Positions 53,271-64,000 of a DNA stretch of 64,000 nt are shown here, piece by piece. Under the pieces are notes generated by a model that saw only the letters and a list, made by a program, of their open reading frames with translations, did not search any database and was not told the DNA's origin. Both the position numbers and the translations under genes were made by a program. The stretch lies in the NCBI GenBank assembly GCA_964016885.1, contig OZ024742.1, positions 223,634,001 to 223,698,000 of the forward strand, given 5' to 3'. Each line of letters starts with the position of its first letter. Position 1 is the first letter of the stretch. The stretch comes from Eledone cirrhosa. Its lineage: Eukaryota.

Positions 53271-53834
53271 GTAAGTAGACTTAATCTGTCACTCAGCTTA
53301 ACTAAACTACTTAGCACCTTTTGAGATACCTTTAACAGAATCCACTCTATTGCATTTGGGCTGTCTTAATCTATCACCCATTTAACACCACCACCTAGCA
53401 TCTTCGGTGTATTTAGCATAGTTCACTCTGTTGTATATATTTGGGCCAGGACTTAATCTGTCATCCGGTTTAACACCACCACCTATTTGGCCTGGTCTTA
53501 ATCGATGACCCAGTTTAACACCACCATCTGACAACTTGGGGCATGTTTAGTACAGTCCACTCTTAATTCATTAGCAGCGAATTGGCAGAGTTGTTAGTGT
53601 CAGTAATTGCTCCAGTTCTCTGCACTCCAATGGCTACCATCCATTCTTGTGGATGACCATCACCATCCCAATCACAGTAAGAAGGAAGGTGGTTTGGAGA
53701 CCCAGGACACTAAAATTCCCCCCCCCCCCCCCAAAAAAAAATGATACTTCACTTTTCTGTTATATTCTCTTAAAGTTATTTCTTAGAGTCTTTGGGAAAA
53801 TAATTGAAAGAATTGTTGTATTTCCTCTCTACAG

Positions 53835-54299
53835 GACCTTCTTCTCCACCAATGATGTCTCCCCCAATGATGTCTTCCTCACCAATACCTTCTTTTCCAC
53901 CAATGGTGTCTCCTCCACCAGGACCTTCTTCTCCACCAATGATATCTCCCCCACCAATACCTTCTCCACCAATGATGTCTCCCCCACCAATACCTTCTTT
54001 TCCACCAATGATGTCTCCTCCACCAGGACCTTATTCTCCACCAATGATGTCTCCCTCATCAATACCTTCTTCTCCACCAATGACGTCTCCCCCACCAATA
54101 CCTTCTCCACCAATGATGTTTCCCCCACCAATACCTTCTTTTCCACCAATGATGTCTCCTCCACCAGGACCTTCTTCTCCACCAATGATGTCTCCCTCAT
54201 CAATACCTTCTCTACCAATGATGTATCCCTCACCAGCTCCCTCTATACCTCCCCCTACTGCCTACCCAACTAGCATAACACCGCCATATTATAATCCAG
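53835..54299 (+). CDS. Coding exon with Pro/Met/Ser repeats (PPMMSPPP[GI]PS[SF])n
   Basis: Acceptor tttcctctctacag, donor CAG/gtaata; 465 nt, phase 1-1; 33/36-nt repeat units preserve frame. Confidence 0.85.
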
Positions 54300-54547
54300 G
54301 TAATATTTTTAACTTTTAATATGTTATCTTACAATATATAAAACTGCATTAACAAAACATTCTTAAAAAGTATAAAACAACACTATGACTGCATCACATT
54401 TAAAAGTAATGTCTTTACTCTAAATTTTTTCAACACCATCTCAACTAGTAAAGATGCTATAAATATTTGAATTAAAAAAACTTGTTTCTTAACTTTTAAT
54501 GCTCTGTACTGCATGAAACTGCATTGGAATAACATTCTCGAAACTAT

Positions 54548-54748
54548 AAGGTGGAGTGGCAGTATCAGTAGAGCGTCGGACACCATGCTTTGTAGCATAG
54601 AGTTACGGCCCTTCACTTTCTGATTTCAAATCTCACCGAGGTTAGCTTTGCCTTTCATAAAATAGAGCACCACTAACCCACTGGGGTCGATTTAATTGAT
54701 TTTCCCCTCTCCTCAAATTGCTGGCCTTGTGCCTATAGTAGAAATCAT

Positions 54749-54750
<2 letters not shown>
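54548..54750 (+). mobile_element. tRNA-derived SINE (family 1)
   Basis: Similar to the other family 1 copies. Confidence 0.75.
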
Positions 54751-54779
<29 letters not shown>

Positions 54780-55014
54780 GTATGTGTATTTTTCTGAGCT
54801 ACAACAAGTGTTTTAAGGCCATCTTCCCTGCTGAAGCATGGGTTAGCCTTGCAGACCCCATGACAAGCTTCATACTCATTATGACATCATTTTAGAGGCA
54901 ATGTGTTATGGCCAGATGGAGTCAACTGTCTTTCTTACAATACACAGGAGTACAGTGTACCTATTTTAAACCAGATACAAGTGTATTTCTTTCTTACAAC
55001 AATAAAAACAAAAT

Positions 55015-55450
55015 ATATTTTGTGTACAGTGCTCAGGTGCACTACAACTCATCAAAGGTGCATGTGTAGTACATAGAATAAAGTACAAATGTTAGGAAAG
55101 TGAACAATGTGTGAGTCATGATATATATGGGTTGTGTGCATATGTATGGAGGAGGGATATTAGGTGTAGTGTTGGCGAATTTCAGGAAGTATGGAGGTTT
55201 TAAAGGATGCAGTGTCCCAGCAGCTAACAACTGATGCGGGTAGTTTGTTCCATGCTTCAGCAACTCTGGGCGTGAAAAAATGTTTCCAAAAGTCATGGGA
55301 GCTGTGCTGTTTTCTGATTTTGTAGGCATGTCCACGTGTGTTAGACACATGGAATTCAAAAAGATGATCAGGGTTGTTGTTGGTAAGATGGTTAATAATT
55401 TTGTGGGTGTTTACCAAGTCAGTCGGAGCTTCAATGTATCCATGCCCAAG
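55015..55450 (-). mobile_element. CR1-type LINE 3' fragment
   Basis: TRGHAYKI...KHFFTPRVAEAWNKLP..VV...FK is the CR1 C-terminal signature. Confidence 0.8.
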
Positions 55451-55872
55451 GAAGCAAGGCATTCAGAATATGGTAGTTATATTGGTAAATAAATGGATGC
55501 TACATAGCATGATGAACTTTTTCTCTTATAACTTCTTTCACTAGTAAAATTTATTTATTATAATAATTCTTCTCTGTTAATTAACAAAGGCAATGCTGGA
55601 TTTAGGCATATGCTAAGCATACTTTACCTTAGTACCTTCCTTACTGAAGAGACATAAAAATAGTTTTAAAGTGTTTTTAGTTCTAAATTTATGTGAGATC
55701 TTCTGGTGTAATTGTTAACAGGGAGACTTCAAGCTAAATATAACTTATACTAACTGGCCCATCCGGATGGCGCCCGGCTACCATTAGTGTGTTCTACGGC
55801 ATCCAGGTATATATATATAGCTGATATACCTAGCTTCGCTTGGATAAACAGATGATAAGCTGTCTGTGTAGC

Positions 55873-56443
55873 ATAGTATTACTGTTGAAAATATATAGTA
55901 TAGTATAGTATTACTGTTGAAAATATATAGTATAGTATAGTATTACTGTTGAAAATATATAGTACAGTATAGTATTACTGTTGAAAACATATAGTATAGT
56001 ATAGTATTACTGTTGAAAATATATAGTACAGTATAGTATTACTGTTGAAAACATATAGTATAGTATTACTGTTGAAAATATATAGTACAGTACAGTATTA
56101 CTATTGAAAATATATAGTGTAGTATAGTATTACTGTTGAAAATATATAGTATAATATTACAGTTGAAAACATATAGTATAGTATTACTGTTGAAAATATA
56201 TAGTACAGTATTACTGTTGAAAATATATAGTACAGTATTACTGTTGAAAATATATAGTACAGTATTACTGTTGAAAATATATAGTATAGTATTACTGTTG
56301 AAAATATATAGTATAATATTACAGTTGAAAACATATAGTATAGTATTACTGTTGAAAATATATAGTACAGTATTACTGTTGAAAATATATAGTATAGTAT
56401 TACTGTTGAAAATATATAGTATAATATTACTGTTGAAAATATG
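55873..56443. repeat. 27-32-bp minisatellite (ATAGTATTACTGTTGAAAATATATAGT), about 20 copies
   Basis: Head-to-tail repeats without spacers. Confidence 0.95.
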
Positions 56444-56614
56444 TACATGAATATATAATTATATATATATATAAATATAATTAATTAAAAGTTGGTTAGA
56501 AGCGAAGTCAATGCAGACAGGCAGACATACATACAGATATTATAAGCGCGCATAGTTATAGCTATGTATCTATCTAAAAAGACAGAGTAAGAAAGAGAGA
56601 GGAATGTCGTATTA

Positions 56615-57149
56615 TCTATATTACTAAAACAGAGAATGTCTGGTTGTCTGTCTGTCCAATCACTAAAACTCGAGAACCACCCAACCGAGTTTTTTCAAAC
56701 TTTACACATGTAATACTTATGGTCCTGTGAGTGTTTTGAGCAAAAAAGATTTCAAATCTTCAATGCCCTAGGGACCGCATTAGGCGATTTAGCGATCTCT
56801 CTCTATAATTCTTAGTCTTTCTCTTTTTAGATAGATACATAGATATAACGTTGCACCCATATAATATCTGTATGTATGCCTGGCTACCTGCATTACGTCA
56901 TTATGACGCGGTGTGTGTGTGTGTATATAGTGTGTGTGTATATAGTGTGTGTGTATATAGTGTGTGTGTATATAGTGTGTGTGTATATATATATAGTGTG
57001 TGTAACGTTTTTCGAAATATTTACTTCTGCGTTCACAGATTTATTATTTTAGTTTCAGAAGATCCTGTTAAGGGTGAAAGCAGCGGTTCTTTGCTTAAAC
57101 TTTAATCTGTTATTTTATATATATATATATATATATATTCGTGTACAGG

Positions 57150-57208
<59 letters not shown>

Positions 57209-57331
57209 TATATATATAATACCTGTACACGAATATATAATTATATATATATATATATCATCATCATCATCATCATCAACGTTTAACGTCCGTGTTCCAC
57301 GCTTGCATGGGTTTGGACGGGGGTAGTCCCA

Positions 57332-57373
<42 letters not shown>

Positions 57374-57703
57374 TATATTCGTGTACAGGTATTTTTGCCT
57401 ACACATATAAACAAAAGTATTTATTTTGTGATAAAATATTGATTTTCTTCGAACAGAAAAAAACCCTGGTAATGTACGCCGAATTTTTTTTATAACCACA
57501 AAATGTCGACACCAACCAGAGGCCGATGTATTCCGTACTTCTCTGTACTGTTATTTCTATATTCTTGTACATATATTTTTGCATACACAATAACAAAATA
57601 TAAACAAACATATTTACTTCACGAGGCTCAAGAAGGATAAATATATATCAAATATATAAGAACCCTAGAGCAAATCCTGATCAACGCCGGGCCATTCTGT
57701 TAG
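56615..57703 (+). mobile_element. Non-autonomous Helitron nested in the previous one
   Basis: A then TCTATATTACTAAAA with TGTCTGTC; 3' CCTGATCAACGCCGGG hairpin and TTAG then T; ends resemble those of 10826-12316. Confidence 0.7.
57051..57101 (+). ncRNA. Second copy of the CAGAAGA hammerhead-like motif (Penelope pseudo-LTR fragment ~57000-57117)
   Basis: Near-identical to 35700-35817. Confidence 0.45.
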
Positions 57704-58769
57704 TATATATTATATTAAGTGATTGCTAACCAGAAGTGTTGACATTTGAAAATTTTAAAGAAGTGAATCTTTAAATAAACAAAATATCTTTAATCAAGAA
57801 TAACAAAATTTAGGAGACAAAAATATCCTCACTTTCTTCCTTGGAAAAAGTTACATCTATGGTGCAAATTTGGTTCCAATTGGTCCATCCGCTTTGCCAA
57901 CAGTTTGTTACATACATACGGCCGTCAGCTTTATTAATATAGATTCGCACCTAGTTTACCTCTTTCATTACCATATTTCTAATGACAAACATAGCCTAAG
58001 ATTTTTCAAATCATTTTGAAAATAATCAAGATTTTGAAGGGATTTAGTAATATAACTAACGTTCTTATCATTAAGTTGTTTATAATATAACTTTAAAAAG
58101 TTCTTAAAACATTTTTTGTTGGTGTAGCAGCACGGAAGAAAATGTCAAGAGTTATATTATAAAACAGGCATTCACACAGGTACAGACACAGCCACAGACA
58201 CAGACACAGACACAGACACAGACACTAACACAGACACAAACACAGACACAAACACAGACACAAACACACAGACACACACACACAGACACACACACATATA
58301 TATACACACACAATTTCCTACCATAAAATATAATATTTTCTCATCATTTTCTGTCCTCTTTCTGTGTTGATATGAGTTGGACAAGTTGTCACGGCCTGGA
58401 CTAGCTAGTTCGGCTACAATACATTACTGATGTGCTCCATATTTAGCATGATCTCTATGACTTCTTATCACCAACCATTTTACAGAATGTACTGAATTTT
58501 TTTTTATTGTGACACCTGCACTAGGGAGGTTGTTGTATCTTTGACACAAGTGACGATACTTCTCAACACTTTGTTTGGTATGGTTTCCATATCTAAATGC
58601 CCTTCCTAACATCAACCATTTTACAGAGTATACTAGGTGCATTTTGAGGGAGGTTGCTGTGTATTTGACACACCTGAAGAGTTCTCTCAAAATTTTGTTT
58701 GGCATGGTATTTACAGCTGAGTTCCCTTTGCAAACTGTACTGGGTGCATTTATCATGTAAATCACCAAC

Positions 58770-59016
58770 ACTAGAGAGGTTGTCATGCCCTTCATAGGGT
58801 GTGCCGGGTGCATTTTATTGTGGCACCAAATGCCATGCATTGCTCATACCAACAATAGAGAGGTTGTCATGCTCTTGACAGAGTGTATCAAGTGTGTTTT
58901 ATTGTGGCACCAAATGCCATGCATTGCTCATACCAACAATAGAGAGGTTGTCATGCTCTTGACAGAGTGTATCAAGTGTGTTTTATTGTGGCACCAAATA
59001 CCATGCATTGCTCATA
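58770..59016. repeat. 84-bp tandem repeat, about 3 copies
   Basis: GTTGTCATGC recurs at 58779, 58863 and 58947. Confidence 0.8.
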
Positions 59017-59166
59017 AATTCCATGCTAAAAAATAATAATTCTCTTCTCTGTTATATTCTCTTGAAGTTATTTCTTAGAATTTTTGGGAAAGTAATTGAA
59101 AGAATTGTTGTATTTCCTCTGTGACATAATATACCATTTCTTAATATAACTCTTTAATTTCTACAG

Positions 59167-59298
59167 GACCTTCTTTTCCGCCAATGATGTCCCTCCCAAC
59201 AATACCTTCTCTACCAATGATGTATCCCTCACCAGCTCACTCTATACCAGCCCCTACTGCCTACCCAACTAGTATGACTCCGCCATATTATGATCCAG
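59167..59298 (+). CDS. Duplicated coding exon GPSFPPMMSLPTIPSLPMMYPSPAHSIPAPTAYPTSMTPPYYDP
   Basis: Acceptor tttctacag, donor CAG/gtaata; 132 nt, phase 1-1; paralogous to 54168-54299. Confidence 0.8.
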
Positions 59299-59997
59299 GT
59301 AATATTTTAACTCTTAATGGCTAGATAAAACTGCATTAACAAGACATGCTTAAAAAATACTAAGCAAACCTATGACTGCATTACATTTAAAATTAATGTC
59401 TTTACTCTAATACTGTAAATTTTCACACTCTGTCCTCTAATAATGGCACTATAAACATTTGAATTTAAAAAAAAAACACATGAAAGCACATTAGCAAGAC
59501 ATTCGTGAAAAATGCAAAGTAGTGCTATGACTGCATCACAAAAATTGAAATCCACTACAAATTTTCACAACAATCTGTCCACTAGTAAATATACTATAAA
59601 CATTTGAATTAATAAATCACATGAAACAAAATTAGCAAGACATTCTTGAAAAGTACAAAACAGCACTATGACTGATCATTTGTCTAATGACAGAAACCAG
59701 TAAAAAAGTAAAAGATTTATTACATTTATTAAGATTCTAACAAGGGTCTACTTTTCCATTGTTCTGTTACATTGAAGATAATTTGCTTGCTCTATTCTCT
59801 GAGTGTTTCAGTTGTTTGAATAATCGAACAAATGCTTGGGAAATTAATGTGCAAGTAACTGAGCATTTGCACTTAATGTAGTTCTCAGGGAGATTCAGCA
59901 TGATACAATGTGTGACAAAGATAACCCTTTCAACTGAATGATATTAACTGCTGTAGGTGTATAGTGGGGTAATGTGTTGTCATTATTGTCTTGGCAG

Positions 59998-60385
59998 ATG
60001 GTGGATTAGCAGAATCGGTAGAGCGTCGGACATCCTGCTTCGCAGCATAGAGTTACGTCCCTTTATGTTCTGAGTTCTGAGTTCAAATCTTTCATCCTTA
60101 TGGGGTCAATAAAATAAAGTACCAGAAATACACTGGGATAATTGCTGGCCTTGTGCCAAAAGTAGAAACAATTATTGTCTTGGCAGTATCGCAAGAGCGT
60201 CGAACAACATGCTTTGCAGCATAGAGTGACGGCCCTTTACGTTCTGGGTTCAAATCCTGCCAAGGTTTACTTTGCCTTTCATCCTTTCGGGGTCAATAAA
60301 ATAAAGTACCAGTAACACACTAGGTCGATTTAATCAACTTTCCCCTCCCCCAAAATGGCCTTGTGGCTAAATCAGAAAACATTGT
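59998..60385 (+). mobile_element. Two tandem family 1 SINEs
   Basis: Two consecutive box A/box B/GTACCAG modules. Confidence 0.75.
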
Positions 60386-60801
60386 TGTCTTTCTACCATA
60401 TCAACAATGTAATGTTAGCTGTCATTGATGTGTGTGTGTGGATCTCCATTGGTTCCAACAAGTGTTCTTGTTGTTCAAAGAATGCCTGCTGAGCATTCCA
60501 CAAACACATCTACACTTAATTTAGTAGTGTAACAAAGCTGGCTCTTTGAATTAGAAGTACAACTCATATTTTCCAGCTAAGTGGACTGAAGTAGTGTAGA
60601 ATAAAATGGCTTGCTCAAGGACACATCATGCGACCAGGAATCAAAATAATGACTTTATGATAGTGAACTGAACACCCTAACACCTAAGCCATGTGCCTTC
60701 ACTTCTATTTCACTATTAAACCTACAATTCATTTACAGAAAGTATAAATGCTAAACATATTCATTCATAAGCTGTAATTTATGTTTTACAATGTCTACTA
60801 T

Positions 60802-60833
<32 letters not shown>

Positions 60834-61380
60834 TATCATGACTCTCTTCATCATCATCTTATGTTTGCTTTCTGTGCTAGCATGGGTTGGACAGGTTGTC
60901 AGGGTTTGTGACTAAATGAGATAAGTGACCTCATTTCACTCATACATTGCATTTTTACCATGGTTTCTATGGCTGGATGCCCTTCTTAATGCCAACCACT
61001 TTACATAGTGCATTGGCTGTTTTTTTTATTTTGGGACCAGCACTAACACTTTACAGAGTGTACTGGGTGCACTTTATCATAGCACCAGCACTGACTCTTA
61101 CAGAGTGTATTGAATGCTTTTTATTGATGCACCAGCATTGACATTTTACAGAGTGTACTGAATGTATTTCATTGTAGTCAACAGTATTAGAGAAGTATGT
61201 ATGCCCTCAACAGAACTAAGGGTTCCTCCCAACTCTACATGGTCACAGTTTAGCCACTACCACTTTACAGAATGTACTGGATGTATTTCATTGTGACACC
61301 AACATCAGAGATGTTGGTTCTCCCAACCATACATGGTCTCAGTTCAACTGTTAACATTTTACAGAGTTAATATTTATAAT

Positions 61381-61883
61381 AGAAAAACCTGGGACGACTT
61401 GATAAATTCCAACCTCACACACTTACACCTCTCCAAGACAATGTCACTGGACTGAGATCTTTGGCGCTACACAGTAATACAGAAGACCCGCCTTGCCTAA
61501 GTACAAAGCGAAACCTACAGTCAGTAGGCACCTCTTAACAAAAATACACCCTCCGTCCCACTACCCCACCCCATCCACATCACCCCTTTCAACATAAAGT
61601 TATGTTGGTACTACAACATCCAGTCCTAAATAAATGAGGGCGTGTAGGTGTCACGACAAAAAAAACACACAGTCCACGCTGTAATGTGGGCATGTAGGTA
61701 ACACGGTAAAAACCTCTCAGTCCACACTGTAAACGTGGTTGGTGTTAGGAAGGGCATCCAGCCATAGAGAACCCGCCAGACAGTCCTATGCGAGCAAGAC
61801 AACCACTCTTGCCTCAAGTGGGAAAATTCCCGTCCAAACCCATGCAAGTGTGGAAGATGGACGTTAAACGATGATGATGATGA
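61381..61883 (+). mobile_element. RTE family B 3' fragment
   Basis: RKTWDDLINS C-terminus, 3' UTR, (GAT)n tail. Confidence 0.85.
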
Positions 61884-61975
61884 ATAATCATTCAAACATC
61901 TCTTGACACTATTCTTAGAATCTTTGGGAAAGTAATTGAAACAGTTGTTGCATTTCTTCAGTGACATTATAAACC

Positions 61976-62397
61976 TTCTTTTTCTCTTCTTCTTCACCCA
62001 TTTATTCCTGGGAGGGTTGTGGGAGCAAAGTCTTCAGCCACACCTTCTGGAGGGACATATCAAAAGCAACTGTCTCTAAATGATCCAATTGGATCTCCAA
62101 GTGATACCAGCCAAGCTCACAGATGTTATCCAACCCTCTTGCTCATGGTCTACCGCTCTGCCAGTAAAATCTGTCCAGTGATTCTTTCCTTAGACATTCT
62201 ACAGAGCTGTGATCTTTCAATTTGGAGAAGTAGCAGCTATACATGGAACGATTCCCTGATCTCTAAGTTACAAACTCTATTTAATAATATTACTCCAAAG
62301 ACCCTTCAGAGGAACCCCCATTTTGATCACTTATATTTGAGATTGTTTTCTTTTTCTATGGCCAAGATCCTTGGCCATAGGTAAGGGTAGGTATATA
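61976..62397 (-). mobile_element. RTE family D 3' fragment with TSD ATAAACC
   Basis: (GAA)n tail; ATAAACC at 61969-75 and 62398-404; interrupts intron sequence that is contiguous in the paralogous block at ~59120-59160. Confidence 0.75.
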
Positions 62398-62495
62398 ATA
62401 AACCATTTCCCAATAAAAATCTCTAATTTCTATAAAACAATCTTCTCCACCAATGATATATCCCCTACCAGCTCCTTCTTTACTTACACTTATAG

Positions 62496-62534
62496 CCTAC
62501 CCAACTAGCATAACTCCACAATATTATGATCCAG
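62496..62534 (+). CDS. Third copy of the duplicated exon, probably shortened: (A)YPTSITPQYYDP
   Basis: Ancestral acceptor mutated (tataa at 62431-35); new in-phase acceptor cttacacttatag at 62495; donor CAG/gtaatg intact. Confidence 0.5.
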
Positions 62535-63183
62535 GTAATGTTTTAACTTTTAACACTTGATAAAACCACATTAGTAAGACATTCTTTAAAAATATAAAAC
62601 AACACTATGACTGTCTCACATTCAAAATTTAAGATTTTGTCTAATACTGCAATTTTTTACAACAGTCTGTCCACTATAAACATTTAAATTAACAAATTTG
62701 TATTAACTTTTACCATCCTGTACCACATGAAATTGCATTAGCAAGAGACATTCTTTAAAAGAATAAAACAGTACTGTGACTACATTACATTCAAAATTAA
62801 ATTTGTTACTCTAATACTGCAACTTTTCACAATCTGTCCATTAATAAAGATACTATAAACATTTGAATTTACAAACTACATAAAACCATGTTAGCAAGGC
62901 ATTTTTAAAAAGTACAAAACAGCACTATGACTGCATTACATTAAATATTAAACATTTTAATTAACACACCCATTTTTAAAAGATTGATATTAGATCTTTT
63001 AGATAAAGACAGTGTTTAAATTAAAACTACAAGACTGGTTCTGGATCTATGATATAAATGTATCATATTTAACCCTTTAAACATTAATCCAGCTGAAACC
63101 ACATCTATTAAAATGTTTAAATTAAAATTAAAATTTGAGACCAAAATCACAATATTACATAGTAGATAATATTAGTTAAATAT

Positions 63184-63366
63184 GTGGATTGGCACTATCA
63201 GTAGAGGGTCGGACGCCATGCTTTCCAGCATAGTTACGTCCCTTTACGATCTGAGTTCAAATCCCGCCGAGGTTGACTTTGCCTTTCATCCTTACGGGGT
63301 CGATAAAATAAAGTACCAGTAATACACTGGGTAATTGCTGGCCTTGTGCCTAAAGTAGAAATAATT
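63184..63366 (+). mobile_element. tRNA-derived SINE (family 1)
   Basis: Near-identical to 37248-37443. Confidence 0.8.
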
Positions 63367-63977
63367 AGTTAAATATTTGTATTATTGTTGAATTGAAAGT
63401 TAGTTATTTAACTAAACCTTTCATAATCTTTGGTTATTTTGATAATTAAAGTAAAAAGGTAATATATTCATGTTAGCAATATGATAACAAAGGGGTTAAA
63501 TTGAAGTATTCTTATTCAAATTAAAACTCATCATAATTATTTTTAAGAACCTTTTAAGTTATAATGTAAAAGTTGGCTATTTTACTTAAATACTTCCAAT
63601 ATATCTATTTATTTAGGGTTAAGTGGACTCATCAATTATTTCAAGGGCAAGACTAACTCTCTAGTGTTGGTAATCCTTACAATGAGTGCACTCAGTACAC
63701 TCTGTAAAGTAGTTGGTGATAAGGGAATCCAACCTGACAAACAAAGTGTCAGGAGCACTCATCAGCTGTATCAAAGACCTGACAAGCTTCTTAGTTTAGG
63801 TGCCATGATAAAATGCACCCAGTGCACTCTGTACAGTGCTAGGAAATATGTAAGCGAGATGCAGCCCATTGGCCCATCGGAGAAGTCCATAGTCTTGATT
63901 AAGTACTGACTTGGAATTTGACAACTCAACCAACCATTGCTAGTAGGGAAAATGAATGTTAAATGATTCTTTTTCAG

Positions 63978-64000
63978 GGCTTCTGGGACTGGAAAGAGGG
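63978..64000 (+). CDS. Start of a probable next coding exon (G)LLGLERG, running off the window
   Basis: Strong acceptor attctttttcag; open in phase 1; only 23 nt visible. Confidence 0.45.

Larger units (their letters stand above)
55817..57943 (-). mobile_element. Non-autonomous Helitron (outer) carrying a 27-bp minisatellite
   Basis: On the minus strand: A then TCTATATTAATAAAG with (TATG)n at the 5' end; hairpin CCAAGCGAAGCTAGG and CTAT (CTAG variant) at the 3' end. Confidence 0.6.

Noticed and set aside
53647-54273. Alternative-frame ORFs (TNDVSPTNTFFS)n and antisense (ETSLVEKKVL)n
   Set aside because: Open because of repeat composition; splice phase and the paralogous exons support only the Pro/Met frame
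53835-54299. Reflectin, suggested by Met richness and a probable cephalopod source
   Set aside because: No MD(X)5MD reflectin motif, no Arg/Asp richness, dominated by Pro, and the gene is multi-exon with a signal peptide
55873-56443. CRISPR-like array, or coding repeat FSTVILYYI
   Set aside because: Head-to-tail units with no unique spacers, no cas genes, eukaryotic context; the ORFs arise from the 27-bp period
58785-59036. ORF with a 28-aa repeat
   Set aside because: Derived from an 84-bp tandem of a degenerate repeat module; no splice support

Overview
AT-rich animal genomic DNA dominated by repeats. The SINE families, (GAT)n-tailed RTE LINEs and dense (TA)n/(CA)n microsatellites resemble an octopus or other coleoid cephalopod (inference). 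Most of the window is intronic transposon debris: at least four RTE families (two copies nearly intact, with a PHD-type C4HC3 finger inside the RT region), one Tx1/L1-type LINE, Vingi, CRE and CR1 fragments, a Penelope-like GIY-YIG remnant, large palindromes carrying hammerhead ribozyme motifs, three non-autonomous Helitrons (two nested), two Tc1/mariner-type MITEs and tRNA-derived SINEs. A spliced + strand host gene, not visible as such in the ORF track, runs through this. It starts with a signal-peptide exon (ATG 20245), has a ~31 kb intron, then symmetric phase-1 exons encoding a short 2-Cys segment and a Pro/Met/Ser-rich repeat region built by exon duplication, and continues past the window end. 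Three further exon-like blocks upstream keep frame but contain stop codons.
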